Source: an uncultured bacterium
GTDB lineage: Bacteria > GCA-001730085
NCBI GenBank assembly: GCA_964565945.1
Contig: CAZMGY010000038.1
Location: 1-19,128, forward strand
Reading direction: 5' to 3'
DNA: 19,128 nucleotides
Under the pieces are notes generated by a model. The model was not told where the DNA came from, did no database searches, and saw nothing but the letters and a program-made list of their open reading frames with translations. Shown piece after piece: positions 8,670 through 16,519 of the stretch. Numbering within the stretch: position 1 is the first letter of the stretch; each line of letters starts with the position of its first letter. The position numbers and the translations under genes were made by a program.

Positions 8670-9830
8670 CTAATCTTGGTCTAGTTGAAATCGAATCGGG
8701 ATCTCAACCCAGCTAGCCACATTAACCCCATTCAACCGTGCAGAACGAAAACTCCATATTTCAACTGCTGCAAGAGCCTCTTGGTCCAGCAAATCATAGC
8801 CCGAACTGTGAATCAAAGAAATTTCTTCCACATCACCATCGGGATTAATGTGCAACTTCAAATCGACTACGCCCTGATACCCTTTACGACGCGCAGCACC
8901 AGGGTATCTAGGTGCTGCGTTCTGTCGAGATAAAGGCTCGGCTGGTTCATCCACATCGGCCATGGCATAAATGTGCGCATTCTCCTCGATTATCTTTTGC
9001 GACACAAGAGGCTCTTTAGGTTCATTCATTTCAAAATAAACCTTCTCGACCCCTAAAGCTTTGAGTTGATCCATCACACGCCCAACCCAGGCATGTCGTG
9101 GAATATGATTCATCGCTTCGGGATTAAATCGCCAGTCTTTCAGATGTTGAATTTGCACTTGGTCCAAATCATCCACACCATTCACGTTGACCAGTTCAAA
9201 ATGCTGAACAATCCCGTACCGATCCACTTGAACATTGAGCCAAGCGGCTCTTTCCTGACCTATACGTCCATTCACCAGGGGATATTCGGCACCAACAGGT
9301 TTAACTTGGGGAGCCTCTTGACGATCCTTGGCTTGATCACGCTCTTCTTTTTGCGACATACTGGTTTGAGGGTCATTCACCAAAACACTTTCTTGACCTT
9401 TCCCGTCAATGGCCAGAATATCGGGACGATGTTTGAGGTGACTGGTTGACACCTCACTCACCTGGGGAGAAACAAGATTGGGTTGAGCTTCTGTCTTAGC
9501 AAGAACCTGCTCAGGTTGAAGCGACGGTTCCAGTCGATGGTCTGGGACAATTTCTTTGGGCACAAAAACCTCCTCATCAACCCCAGGCTCGACCGTTTGA
9601 GAGGAATCGGCATCTACCGCTTCAGGCGCCGTTGCTTCGACAATAAGCTCACGTTCTTCGGGCAAAATATCTTCGGTGCTGGGCTTCACGGCTTGAACAA
9701 AATGCACCTCTACTGCAGCTACTCCTCGTTGAATATCAAACATAGGAATTTCTTGCTCGGGACAGGCCCAAAACCCCACCGCATGCACCGCCACAGATAA
9801 GCCAACTCCTAAATAAAGGTCTGGCTTCAT
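8670..9830 (-). CDS. tonB: TonB-family energy transducer with atypical architecture
   Basis: 386 aa. The N-terminal anchor carries S12-x3-H16 (LSVAVHAVGF). Residues ~50-180 form a Glu/Pro/Gln-rich spacer. Residues ~182-250 fit a TonB_C-like pattern and ~244-268 look like an ExbD tail. Residues ~308-384 are a clear TonB_C (PRYPGAARRKGYQGVVDLKLHINPDGDV...LDQEALAAV...IPIRFQL). The ATG overlaps the exbD stop (ATGA at 9827-9830). Confidence 0.85.
   Translation of the reverse strand: MKPDLYLGVGLSVAVHAVGFWACPEQEIPMFDIQRGVAAVEVHFVQAVKPSTEDILPEERELIVEATAPEAVDADSSQTVEPGVDEEVFVPKEIVPDHRLEPSLQPEQVLAKTEAQPNLVSPQVSEVSTSHLKHRPDILAIDGKGQESVLVNDPQTSMSQKEERDQAKDRQEAPQVKPVGAEYPLVNGRIGQERAAWLNVQVDRYGIVQHFELVNVNGVDDLDQVQIQHLKDWRFNPEAMNHIPRHAWVGRVMDQLKALGVEKVYFEMNEPKEPLVSQKIIEENAHIYAMADVDEPAEPLSRQNAAPRYPGAARRKGYQGVVDLKLHINPDGDVEEISLIHSSGYDLLDQEALAAVEIWSFRSARLNGVNVASWVEIPIRFQLDQD
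9027..9081 (-). repeat. tonB-internal copy of a 55-nt segment homologous to the exbD 3' end
   Basis: Ungapped comparison of 9027-9081 with 9842-9896 gives 38/55 identities by my count. This includes the identical 16-mer TTGATCCATCACACGC (9066-9081 and 9881-9896) and the 10-mer CATTTCAAAA (9027-9036 and 9842-9851), with identical 39-nt spacing. Confidence 0.75.
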
Positions 9831-10231
9831 GCACGTTGTTCCATTTCAAAAAACATTTTATGAATCCCCAACAAACGCAATTGATCCATCACACGCATCA
9901 CACGTCCATGGGGCACTTCTTGATCAACGCGCAAATACAACGAAGCTTGCTCGGGAGTTTGCAAAAGCTCGTTCAAATGTTGCGATAGACTCTGTTCTGT
10001 CACTTGCTCGTCATTCACATAGAGTTCACCACTTTTAGTTAGCACAACTACATGATAATCTTGACGGTCGGTGACTGTCGTCACGCCTTTAGGTAAATTC
10101 ACATCAATCCCTTTATGTACCACCATCGAAAGCATGGCGTAAATGAAAAAGACCAAAAGCAAAAACATGGTATCTATCAAAGGCATCATTTCGACACGGG
10201 CTTTTTTACGCTGAAACGATTTAATTTTCAT
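9827..10231 (-). CDS. exbD: Biopolymer transport protein ExbD/TolR family
   Basis: 134 aa. The N-terminal TM carries the conserved Asp (MPLIDTMFLLLVFFI). The periplasmic domain ends VMDQLRLLGIHKMFFE. AGGAG lies ~10 nt upstream of the ATG. The start is 13 nt after the exbB stop. Confidence 0.88.
   Translation of the reverse strand: MKIKSFQRKKARVEMMPLIDTMFLLLVFFIYAMLSMVVHKGIDVNLPKGVTTVTDRQDYHVVVLTKSGELYVNDEQVTEQSLSQHLNELLQTPEQASLYLRVDQEVPHGRVMRVMDQLRLLGIHKMFFEMEQRA
9842..9896 (-). repeat. exbD 3'-end copy of the 55-nt segment shared with tonB
   Basis: Partner of 9027-9081. It encodes RVMDQLRLLGIHKMFFEM in exbD, against RVMDQLKALGVEKVYFEM in tonB. Confidence 0.75.
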
Positions 10232-10244
10232 GGCATCACAACTC

Positions 10245-10850
10245 CTAGTTGCCCGTTCCTTTGGTATACATCAGTTCAAAATTAGTCACGTGGATTTCCA
10301 TTTCACTCACGCGACGCTCTACCAAAGATTGAAAGAAATTAAACGGTATCAACGTGACAATGGTAATTCCTAAACCCATGGCGGTCGAAATCAACGCCTC
10401 AGCAATCCCTCCGGTAACCAATTTAGGATCTTCGAGACCCGCCGCTCCAAGAACATCAAACGACGTGATAACACCCAAAATCGTCCCTAAAATACCCAAT
10501 AGAGGCGCTAAGGTGATAATCGTATCTAATACCGAAAGGTAACACGTCATCTTTTTAAGCTCGTACTCTATGCCCATTTCGAGTGCCCCTCTTAGCGACA
10601 ACTTATGATGGTTTAAGCCCAATAAATAAATACGGACCAGGTAATCTTGTGAATCTTTGCCCGCTTGGCGAGCATCTTCCAAACGACCTTGACCAACATA
10701 GCTGACGATCTTGTCTCTTAACAGAAGGTGCCACGACGAACGATGACGCATCCAAAATAAACAACGTTCAACCACGATGGCTAAAGAAATTAAAGAACAC
10801 AGAATAAGAGGATAAGCTGTTAATCCTGCTTTGGTGATCCACTCGGGCAT
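10245..10850 (-). CDS. exbB: MotA/TolQ/ExbB proton-channel family protein
   Basis: 201 aa with three predicted TM segments. Family motifs LAPLLGILGTILGVI and GGIAEALISTAMGLGITIV are present. It is the first gene of the exbB-exbD-tonB unit. Confidence 0.88.
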   Translation of the reverse strand: MPEWITKAGLTAYPLILCSLISLAIVVERCLFWMRHRSSWHLLLRDKIVSYVGQGRLEDARQAGKDSQDYLVRIYLLGLNHHKLSLRGALEMGIEYELKKMTCYLSVLDTIITLAPLLGILGTILGVITSFDVLGAAGLEDPKLVTGGIAEALISTAMGLGITIVTLIPFNFFQSLVERRVSEMEIHVTNFELMYTKGTGN

Positions 10851-10888
10851 AGCATTTCCTTTCTTTTAAAAACAAATACGAACCAAGG

Positions 10889-10901
10889 GCTTATTATAAC
10901 A
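10889..10901 (-). promoter_or_regulatory. Candidate extended -10 promoter (TGTTATAAT) for exbB-exbD-tonB
   Basis: The minus strand reads TGTTATAATAAGC, i.e. TGn + TATAAT. The hexamer ends ~42 nt upstream of the exbB ATG. No good -35 is present, which is tolerable for extended -10 promoters. Confidence 0.35.
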
Positions 10902-11115
10902 AGCAGACGATTGAAACGAGCAGACATTTTCGGCAAAAAACTTAGATTATGCCATGTATTGAAATAAAGCACACGCAGACGAGGTATTGCGACAAGATGC
11001 CGTTGTCGTTGAGCGAGAAGTTTTGCGCCTGATCCGTTGTCTCTTGAAGCCATTTCTGGATTTCAGATTAAAATCAATAGCTAGCGTTCACAAAGAAAAG
11101 ATTACTAAAGTAGTT

Positions 11116-12462
11116 CTAGAGAATCTGACGGATCGTTTTACGCTGCCAAAACCAGGCCACCGTTCCAGCAATCATGTTGGCCAAACACGCTGCCCAAAAA
11201 ATACCCTCGAGGCCTGTATAGAGTTGCAGAGCATAGGCAAGTGGAATATAGAGAACAAACATTCGCAAACAAGAAAGCAACAATGTTGGCAAAGAGCGCC
11301 CCAAAGCATTGAACATCGCGCTTACATTCATCACCACGCTATAACCCAAGTAACTCACAGGTACGATCCAAAAATAACTTTGACCTATCGCTACAACCTG
11401 AGGATCCGCATCAAAAAGGCGTACAATCATCCCCCCAGCCACAGCTAGAATCAGCACGAAAGCTAGCCCCCAAAACATACAGAATCGTATCACAAGACTG
11501 AGTGCATGATGAATTCTCTCAGGTTTTGCGGCTCCCCAGTTTTGGCCGACAAAAGGTCCTAGCACGGACGACAAGGCCAAAGGCAAAATCAGCGAAAACG
11601 TCTCGATGTGCGTTGCCACCCCAAAAGCCGCCACTGCTTCATCTCCATAACTAGCTATTATTGTCATCACCACGCCCAAAGAAAAGGGGATCACCATGTT
11701 GGCAATAGCCGCTGGCAAACCAACCTTAGTGAAATCGTGCATACTTTTCACAAATTCGGGGACACTCAACTGATGACGCGTCAATAAAGGCACTTGGGTC
11801 AAAACAATCCTTAACGAAACGAGAAAGATAATCATTTCGGCCACCAAGGAGGACAATGCCGCCCCAGTCACACCAAATTTGGGGAAAAACCCCCAGCCAT
11901 AAATTAGAAAAGGGTCCAAAACAATATTAATCACACTTAACAAAATCATCAAGCGAGCGGGTAAACGAATTTCTCCCAAAGAGCACATCGCAAAATTGGC
12001 CACAATAATGCAAACCATCAAAGGGAAAATGGCATACACTAGGCTCATGTATTCCCGAATGATCACCAAGTGATTTTCGCTCGCACCCAGAAGACGAAAC
12101 AAAGGATCGATTGATAGATAGCCCAAAAAGGCAACAACCACACCAATCATCAAAGACAAAGAGAGGGCGTAGGTTCCTAAACGATGCACAAGCGAGCTAT
12201 CGCCTCGCCCCAGGGCTTTGGAGAGCAGTGAGGATGTCCCAATTCCTAAGCCAATCGCTAAGTTGGTCAAAATCATGCCCACTGGAAAGGTGAAACTCAG
12301 AGCGGCCAAGGACTCTGTTCCTAACTGACCAACGAACAAAGCGTCCGCCACCTGGAACGAAATCACAGCTAAAATACCCCAAAACATCGCCACGGTCATT
12401 CGAACCAATGTTAGTCCCACTGGCCCCTCTGTTAATGGAGCTGTATGTATCGCAGTGGTCAT
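11116..12462 (-). CDS. MATE-family efflux transporter (NorM/DinF-like)
   Basis: 448 aa, hydrophobic throughout (about 12 TM). MATE hallmarks are FVGQLGTESLAALSF near the N-terminus and FVGQNWGAAKPERI at the start of the second repeat. The ATG shares one base with the ppiB stop (TAATG at 12460-12464). Confidence 0.9.
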   Translation of the reverse strand: MTTAIHTAPLTEGPVGLTLVRMTVAMFWGILAVISFQVADALFVGQLGTESLAALSFTFPVGMILTNLAIGLGIGTSSLLSKALGRGDSSLVHRLGTYALSLSLMIGVVVAFLGYLSIDPLFRLLGASENHLVIIREYMSLVYAIFPLMVCIIVANFAMCSLGEIRLPARLMILLSVINIVLDPFLIYGWGFFPKFGVTGAALSSLVAEMIIFLVSLRIVLTQVPLLTRHQLSVPEFVKSMHDFTKVGLPAAIANMVIPFSLGVVMTIIASYGDEAVAAFGVATHIETFSLILPLALSSVLGPFVGQNWGAAKPERIHHALSLVIRFCMFWGLAFVLILAVAGGMIVRLFDADPQVVAIGQSYFWIVPVSYLGYSVVMNVSAMFNALGRSLPTLLLSCLRMFVLYIPLAYALQLYTGLEGIFWAACLANMIAGTVAWFWQRKTIRQIL

Positions 12463-12932
12463 TAAGATGTTTGAATAGTAACAGAAAGCATTTCGATATT
12501 CTCAATCAGACGATCTTGAAACCCCGTCTCGGTATTACCGATGCTGGTTAAGACAGCCTCACCCTCGATCAACTCACCAAAAATAGCATGTTTACCATCG
12601 AGCCATGGTGTCGGAACCAAGGTGATAAAAAATTGCGATCCTCCAGTGTTGGGTCCCGCATTGGCCATCGATAAAATTCCTTTGCGATCGTGATGCAAAC
12701 CTTCGCCAAACTCGTCTTCAATTGTATACCCAGGGCCACCGATGCCATGACCTTCAGGGCATCCTCCCTGAATCATAAAATCTTTAATCACGCGATGAAA
12801 TACGATGCCATTGTAAAAGCCTTCTTCAGCCAGGCGAATAAAATTGCCAGCCGTGATCGGCGCCACATCTTCGAAAAGTTCTAATTTCATTGTTCCAACA
12901 CTCGTTTTTATGGTTGCAACAGGATTTGCCAT
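12462..12932 (-). CDS. ppiB: Peptidyl-prolyl cis-trans isomerase, cyclophilin type (cytoplasmic)
   Basis: Cyclophilin motifs FHRVIKDFMIQGG, GILSMANAGPNTGGSQFFI and LDGKHAIFGE are present, with no signal peptide. The ATG at 12932 (MANPVATIKT...) is preferred over the TTG at 12953 that opens the track ORF. AAGGA lies ~10 nt upstream. Confidence 0.9.
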   Translation of the reverse strand: MANPVATIKTSVGTMKLELFEDVAPITAGNFIRLAEEGFYNGIVFHRVIKDFMIQGGCPEGHGIGGPGYTIEDEFGEGLHHDRKGILSMANAGPNTGGSQFFITLVPTPWLDGKHAIFGELIEGEAVLTSIGNTETGFQDRLIENIEMLSVTIQTS

Positions 12933-13199
12933 AAGTCTGTTTTCCTTGTCCAAAATTTAGTCTCTCCATCAACCTCTATCATACCTCAATCTCTTCCAGA
13001 AACATTCACGAACCTCCAGACCAGAGCAATTTGATATTCATAAGGCAACGAATCAAAATGAATTTTGGACTATTTTTTAATTATAGCTAGATCACTTTCA
13101 AAGAACTGCACGCGGAACCTTTGTTATGAAAGAGCTTGAAGGTCTGATTACCGAAGAAGTTTGTAAGATTTTGGATATCAAACGGTTAGGTTACTCCAT

Positions 13200-13255
13200 A
13201 AAAAAACCTCTGTTAGATTGAATGCTGAGAAGCAAGATAACAGAGGTTCTTTTTT
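13200..13255. terminator. Bidirectional rho-independent terminator
   Basis: An 11-bp stem (AACCTCTGTTA 13205-13215 pairs with TAACAGAGGTT 13238-13248) has a 22-nt loop. It is flanked by A7 upstream and CT6 downstream, giving a U-tract on either strand. It lies 10 nt after the triple stop of the Cys-rich gene. Confidence 0.6.
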
Positions 13256-13265
13256 GGTGTTACTA

Positions 13266-13508
13266 CTAAGAACCGCAAGTTCTGGCGTAACCAGAGGGAG
13301 AAGTTTTCTTGGCACCGCAAGTTTTTTTTGCACAGCAAGCTTTGACGCAATTAGAAGGACAAGCTTTGGTGTAACTAGAGGGACAAACTTTTTTGGCTCC
13401 ACGCTTGTGGCACCAAGGGCCTTTTTTGGAACCATAACCATGACCAGAGCCACAACACCCAGCCACACCCAAAGAAACAACAGCTAATACAAGAAGTCCT
13501 TTATTCAT
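13266..13508 (-). CDS. Small Cys/Lys-rich predicted lipoprotein (80 aa)
   Basis: Signal peptide MNKGLLVLAVVSLGVAG followed by Cys18 (lipobox-like VAGC). AAGGA lies ~10 nt upstream of the ATG. The frame ends in three tandem in-frame stops (TAG TAG TAA), followed by a terminator. The 63-aa mature part has 10 Cys, 11 Lys, 2 Arg and 0 Asp/Glu. The other two frames are also open but lack these signals. Confidence 0.6.
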   Translation of the reverse strand: MNKGLLVLAVVSLGVAGCCGSGHGYGSKKGPWCHKRGAKKVCPSSYTKACPSNCVKACCAKKTCGAKKTSPSGYARTCGS

Positions 13509-13640
13509 AATAAACTAGTCCTTATTTTGAATTAAACACATTCGCTCGGCTAATACCAAACTCCACAAGAGTGATTGTACACCATTAGTCCTCTCAGCAC
13601 CACAAGTACTCTAAACACATAAGCCTGAACCCATCCCCAA

Positions 13641-15455
13641 TCACAACTCTTGTTTTAGCTGCTCCACTGTGTCTTGCAGCCCAAATAACTTTTCGTACAA
13701 ATTTTCAACTTCTTGACTCACTTGCTGTAAATCCACGTTTGTCTGGGTGATCGCTTGGACATCTTGGGTTTGCGATACCTCAATCATAAGCTCATTCAAG
13801 TGTTTTTGTTTAATTTCTAAATCTTGAATCACTTGCTCGGTTTGCGTAATCTTTGTTTGCAAAGGCTTCAAAATGGCATTCCGCTTTTGCAATTGCTCGG
13901 CCCTCGTGCGCCGCTGGTCTTTTTTATTAACACTAGGTTTATCTGACCGATTATCTTTAAGAAATACCGCATCTTCGTCCCAACCCACTTGCTTCAAAAA
14001 ATCATCATAGCCTCCGTCAAAAAAAAGCACCTCTCCTTTACGAAACACAATCAAACGGGTGGCCACTTGACTCAAGAAGTATTCATCGTGAGTCACCACA
14101 AAAACAGTCCCCGCAAAGCGCTGTGTGGCCTCTATGAGAGCTTGACATGAAGGTAGATCCAAGTGATGAGTTGGCTCATCGAGCAAAAGGACTTGATTTG
14201 ACGTTGCAATCACTTGGGCCATCACAACCCTAATCTTTTCTCCCCCAGAAAGCACGCCCACTTTTTTGAGAGCGGCATCACCGCTAAACATCATAGCGCC
14301 ACAAATGTGCCGTGCTTCTCCAGGGCGACTATCGACCAAACACTCCGCCACCGTTTGCTCTACAGTCAAATCTGGATTAAGGTGTTCAACCTGACGATGA
14401 TCAAAGTAACCGAAACTGATTTGAGAGTGCCATTTCACGGACCCTTGGAGGGGGGCGAGTTCTTGTCCCATTAAACTTAGCAAAGTTGACTTACCAGCCC
14501 CATTGTGCCCAATAATCCCCACCTTTTCACCGTAGAGTATATCCATCGATATCTGATCGACAATCAACCGGTTCGGATCATAGCCAAAGGTAAGATTTTC
14601 TAATTTGCCCACATACTTTGTCGGAAAAGGTTTCGATAGAAAATCGAATGACAAATACTTCACTTGATGCAATCTATCCTTAATTTCGGCCTTTTCCAAG
14701 CGCTTGACCCGCGATTGAACTTGACTCGCACGGCGTGCCTTAGCGCGATACTTCTGAATATATTCCTCTTCTTTTTGACGCACCTTCAAGGCATTTTTTC
14801 GCTCACGCTCGTAGACCTCTTCTTCGAGATTTATTTGTTGCTGATACTGCCCAATCGGCCCTTTCATTTTACGAATCTGTTGGCGATGAATTCCCACCAC
14901 ATGGGTAATAATATTGTCCATAAAACTGCGATCGTGACTGATTAAAAATAATTCTTCAGGCCACTGCTTCAAAAAATGTTTGAGCCAACGAATCGAAAGG
15001 ATATCTAAAAAGTTGGTGGGCTCATCAAGCAAGAGCAAATTAGGTTTAGAAACAAGCACACGTACCAAGGCTATTCTCATTTGATAACCATGAGAAAACT
15101 CTTGAGGCGATTTTTCAAAATCGGCATCCTGAAACCCTAAACCCGAGAGAGCTTTTTTAATCTTCCAAGTCTCTCCCTGGAGTTCATCGGATAAGCCCCA
15201 ACAGGCCTCTTGCAAAACCGTTGCTTGCGAACATTCCATATGCTGGGATAAGTAACCTAAACGATAACCTTTAGGAACTTTAATACTCCCTTCGTCAGGT
15301 TGCTCCTGCCCTGTAATGATTTTAAGCAAGGTACTCTTACCATGACCATTGAGTCCAATTAGCCCAATACGATCGCCAGCATTCATATGAAACGAAGCTT
15401 CTTCGAACAATACTTGGTTTCCGAACGATTTAGATATGTCTTGAATGGTAATCAT
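13641..15455 (-). CDS. ABC-F family ATPase (soluble tandem-NBD, YheS/Uup-like)
   Basis: 604 aa. Two Walker A motifs (GLNGHGKST, GHNGAGKST) and two Walker B motifs (LLLLDEPTNFLD, VLLLDEPTHHLD). A charged inter-domain linker (RERKNALKVRQKEEEYIQKYRAKARRASQ). No TM domain. C-terminal coiled-coil tail. Confidence 0.9.
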   Translation of the reverse strand: MITIQDISKSFGNQVLFEEASFHMNAGDRIGLIGLNGHGKSTLLKIITGQEQPDEGSIKVPKGYRLGYLSQHMECSQATVLQEACWGLSDELQGETWKIKKALSGLGFQDADFEKSPQEFSHGYQMRIALVRVLVSKPNLLLLDEPTNFLDILSIRWLKHFLKQWPEELFLISHDRSFMDNIITHVVGIHRQQIRKMKGPIGQYQQQINLEEEVYERERKNALKVRQKEEEYIQKYRAKARRASQVQSRVKRLEKAEIKDRLHQVKYLSFDFLSKPFPTKYVGKLENLTFGYDPNRLIVDQISMDILYGEKVGIIGHNGAGKSTLLSLMGQELAPLQGSVKWHSQISFGYFDHRQVEHLNPDLTVEQTVAECLVDSRPGEARHICGAMMFSGDAALKKVGVLSGGEKIRVVMAQVIATSNQVLLLDEPTHHLDLPSCQALIEATQRFAGTVFVVTHDEYFLSQVATRLIVFRKGEVLFFDGGYDDFLKQVGWDEDAVFLKDNRSDKPSVNKKDQRRTRAEQLQKRNAILKPLQTKITQTEQVIQDLEIKQKHLNELMIEVSQTQDVQAITQTNVDLQQVSQEVENLYEKLFGLQDTVEQLKQEL

Positions 15456-15478
15456 AAAATACTCAAAACGTTGAAAGG

Positions 15479-16381
15479 TTAGATGTGATACACCAGCGAT
15501 GAATTGAGTTTAATATCATTTTCAAAGGCATTCAGTCTAGGATTTGAATCATACTCCTCAATCACACTTAATTTAAAAGACATCTTGTTACTAATCGGCG
15601 TTATTAAAGATAGCTCGGCTTTGACACGATATCCATCATCCCTATCAAAGGAAGGATAAATCGCTGCATCGAAAACTAAGGTTGCGTTTTTACAGACAAC
15701 CATCTCCACGTTAAGCCCTGGAACTAAAATGAATTCACCCTTTGAATCGGTATTATCGTAAAAGTTTGTCAACTGCCATGCGGCTGATGTTCTCAAACGT
15801 AAACAGGTTTTGTCGGTATCAATCCAATGGTAACCGATACCCAAAGAAGGAATCAGACGGTAATTGATATTAGCAAATCGATCGTGATCGGCACCAAGCT
15901 GATAAGAGGTGAACCATTGAGATTCCTCCAAAGGATTAATCTGCTCAAGGAGTGCCGACCACTTTTGTTCTTCTTTATGCCCCTCATTGATTAATTGATA
16001 TTGATCCCACTTGAGGGTGTGAACCTTATCGGTATACGTCCTTTTAAGGAGCAAGCGACCATTCCAGCTCTGTTTGTTGCTAGTTCCTTTACTGAAGCTA
16101 TAACCAAAACTCACATTACCTTTCCAATGTTGCTTCTCTTGAAGGGAGTTAGCCCAAGCCTCTTTATACGATGAGTGAATAATTTTCCAGGAGGCCGTTA
16201 TAATTTTATCCTTAGGAATCGTCACATCGCCGAACAACTCATGCTGAAGCACAAGCTCGGACTCGCTTGCGCTAGTGATTTTCCCAGTAAGCTGATCACC
16301 GTTGAGCAATTGAATCACTTCGGCTTGCACATTAAACGTCATCACCAAACCCAAAATAACCAGCACATACATACGCAACAT
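15479..16381 (-). CDS. DUF481-like outer-membrane beta-barrel protein
   Basis: 300 aa. Signal peptide MLRMYVLVILGLVMTFNVQA|EV. The N-terminal LLNGDQLTGKI module is followed by alternating amphipathic strands ending in an aromatic C-terminus (SSLVYHI). GAGGTG RBS is present. The stop lies 23 nt before the ABC-F start. The family assignment is from memory only. Confidence 0.7.
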   Translation of the reverse strand: MLRMYVLVILGLVMTFNVQAEVIQLLNGDQLTGKITSASESELVLQHELFGDVTIPKDKIITASWKIIHSSYKEAWANSLQEKQHWKGNVSFGYSFSKGTSNKQSWNGRLLLKRTYTDKVHTLKWDQYQLINEGHKEEQKWSALLEQINPLEESQWFTSYQLGADHDRFANINYRLIPSLGIGYHWIDTDKTCLRLRTSAAWQLTNFYDNTDSKGEFILVPGLNVEMVVCKNATLVFDAAIYPSFDRDDGYRVKAELSLITPISNKMSFKLSVIEEYDSNPRLNAFENDIKLNSSLVYHI

Positions 16382-16519
16382 GAGACACCTCTTAGCTTTA
16401 GATCTTTAAAATATATTGTACCACTATCCTTGTAATCATCATAGGTTTCCGCAGTTTGCTTGCCATGGAGCCTAAGCGTTACTGTCGAACACAGGAACAG
16501 GATCCGCATCCACCTAATA

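Noticed and set aside
8685-9800. Plus-strand ORFs antisense to tonB (8685-8933, 9066-9449, 9483-9800).
   Set aside because: They are low-complexity antisense translations of a conserved gene and have no start signals.
10851-10990. A Fur box upstream of exbB, expected for Ton systems.
   Set aside because: Nothing approaches GATAATGATAATCATTATC or the 7-1-7 TGATAAT-n-ATTATCA motif. TTATTATAA is just AT-rich promoter sequence.
10820-11448. ORFs 10820-11053 (-) and 10987-11448 (+) spanning the exbB-MATE spacer.
   Set aside because: They overlap exbB or MATE out of frame or antisense. They have no motifs or RBS. The spacer is better explained as the exbB promoter region.
12933-12953. A TTG start that extends ppiB by 7 codons.
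   Set aside because: The ATG at 12932 has a better RBS and gives the usual cyclophilin N-terminus.
13126-13221. A 31-aa plus-strand ORF (MKELEGLITEEVCKILDIKRLGYSIKKPLLD) vaguely like an excisionase/HTH_17 fragment.
   Set aside because: It is too short, has no RBS, and its end lies inside the terminator stem. At most it is a remnant.
13178-13487. Alternative frames at the Cys-rich locus (13178-13480 minus; 13218-13487 plus).
   Set aside because: They are open only because the DNA is repetitive. They lack signal peptide and RBS logic, and one runs straight through the terminator hairpin.
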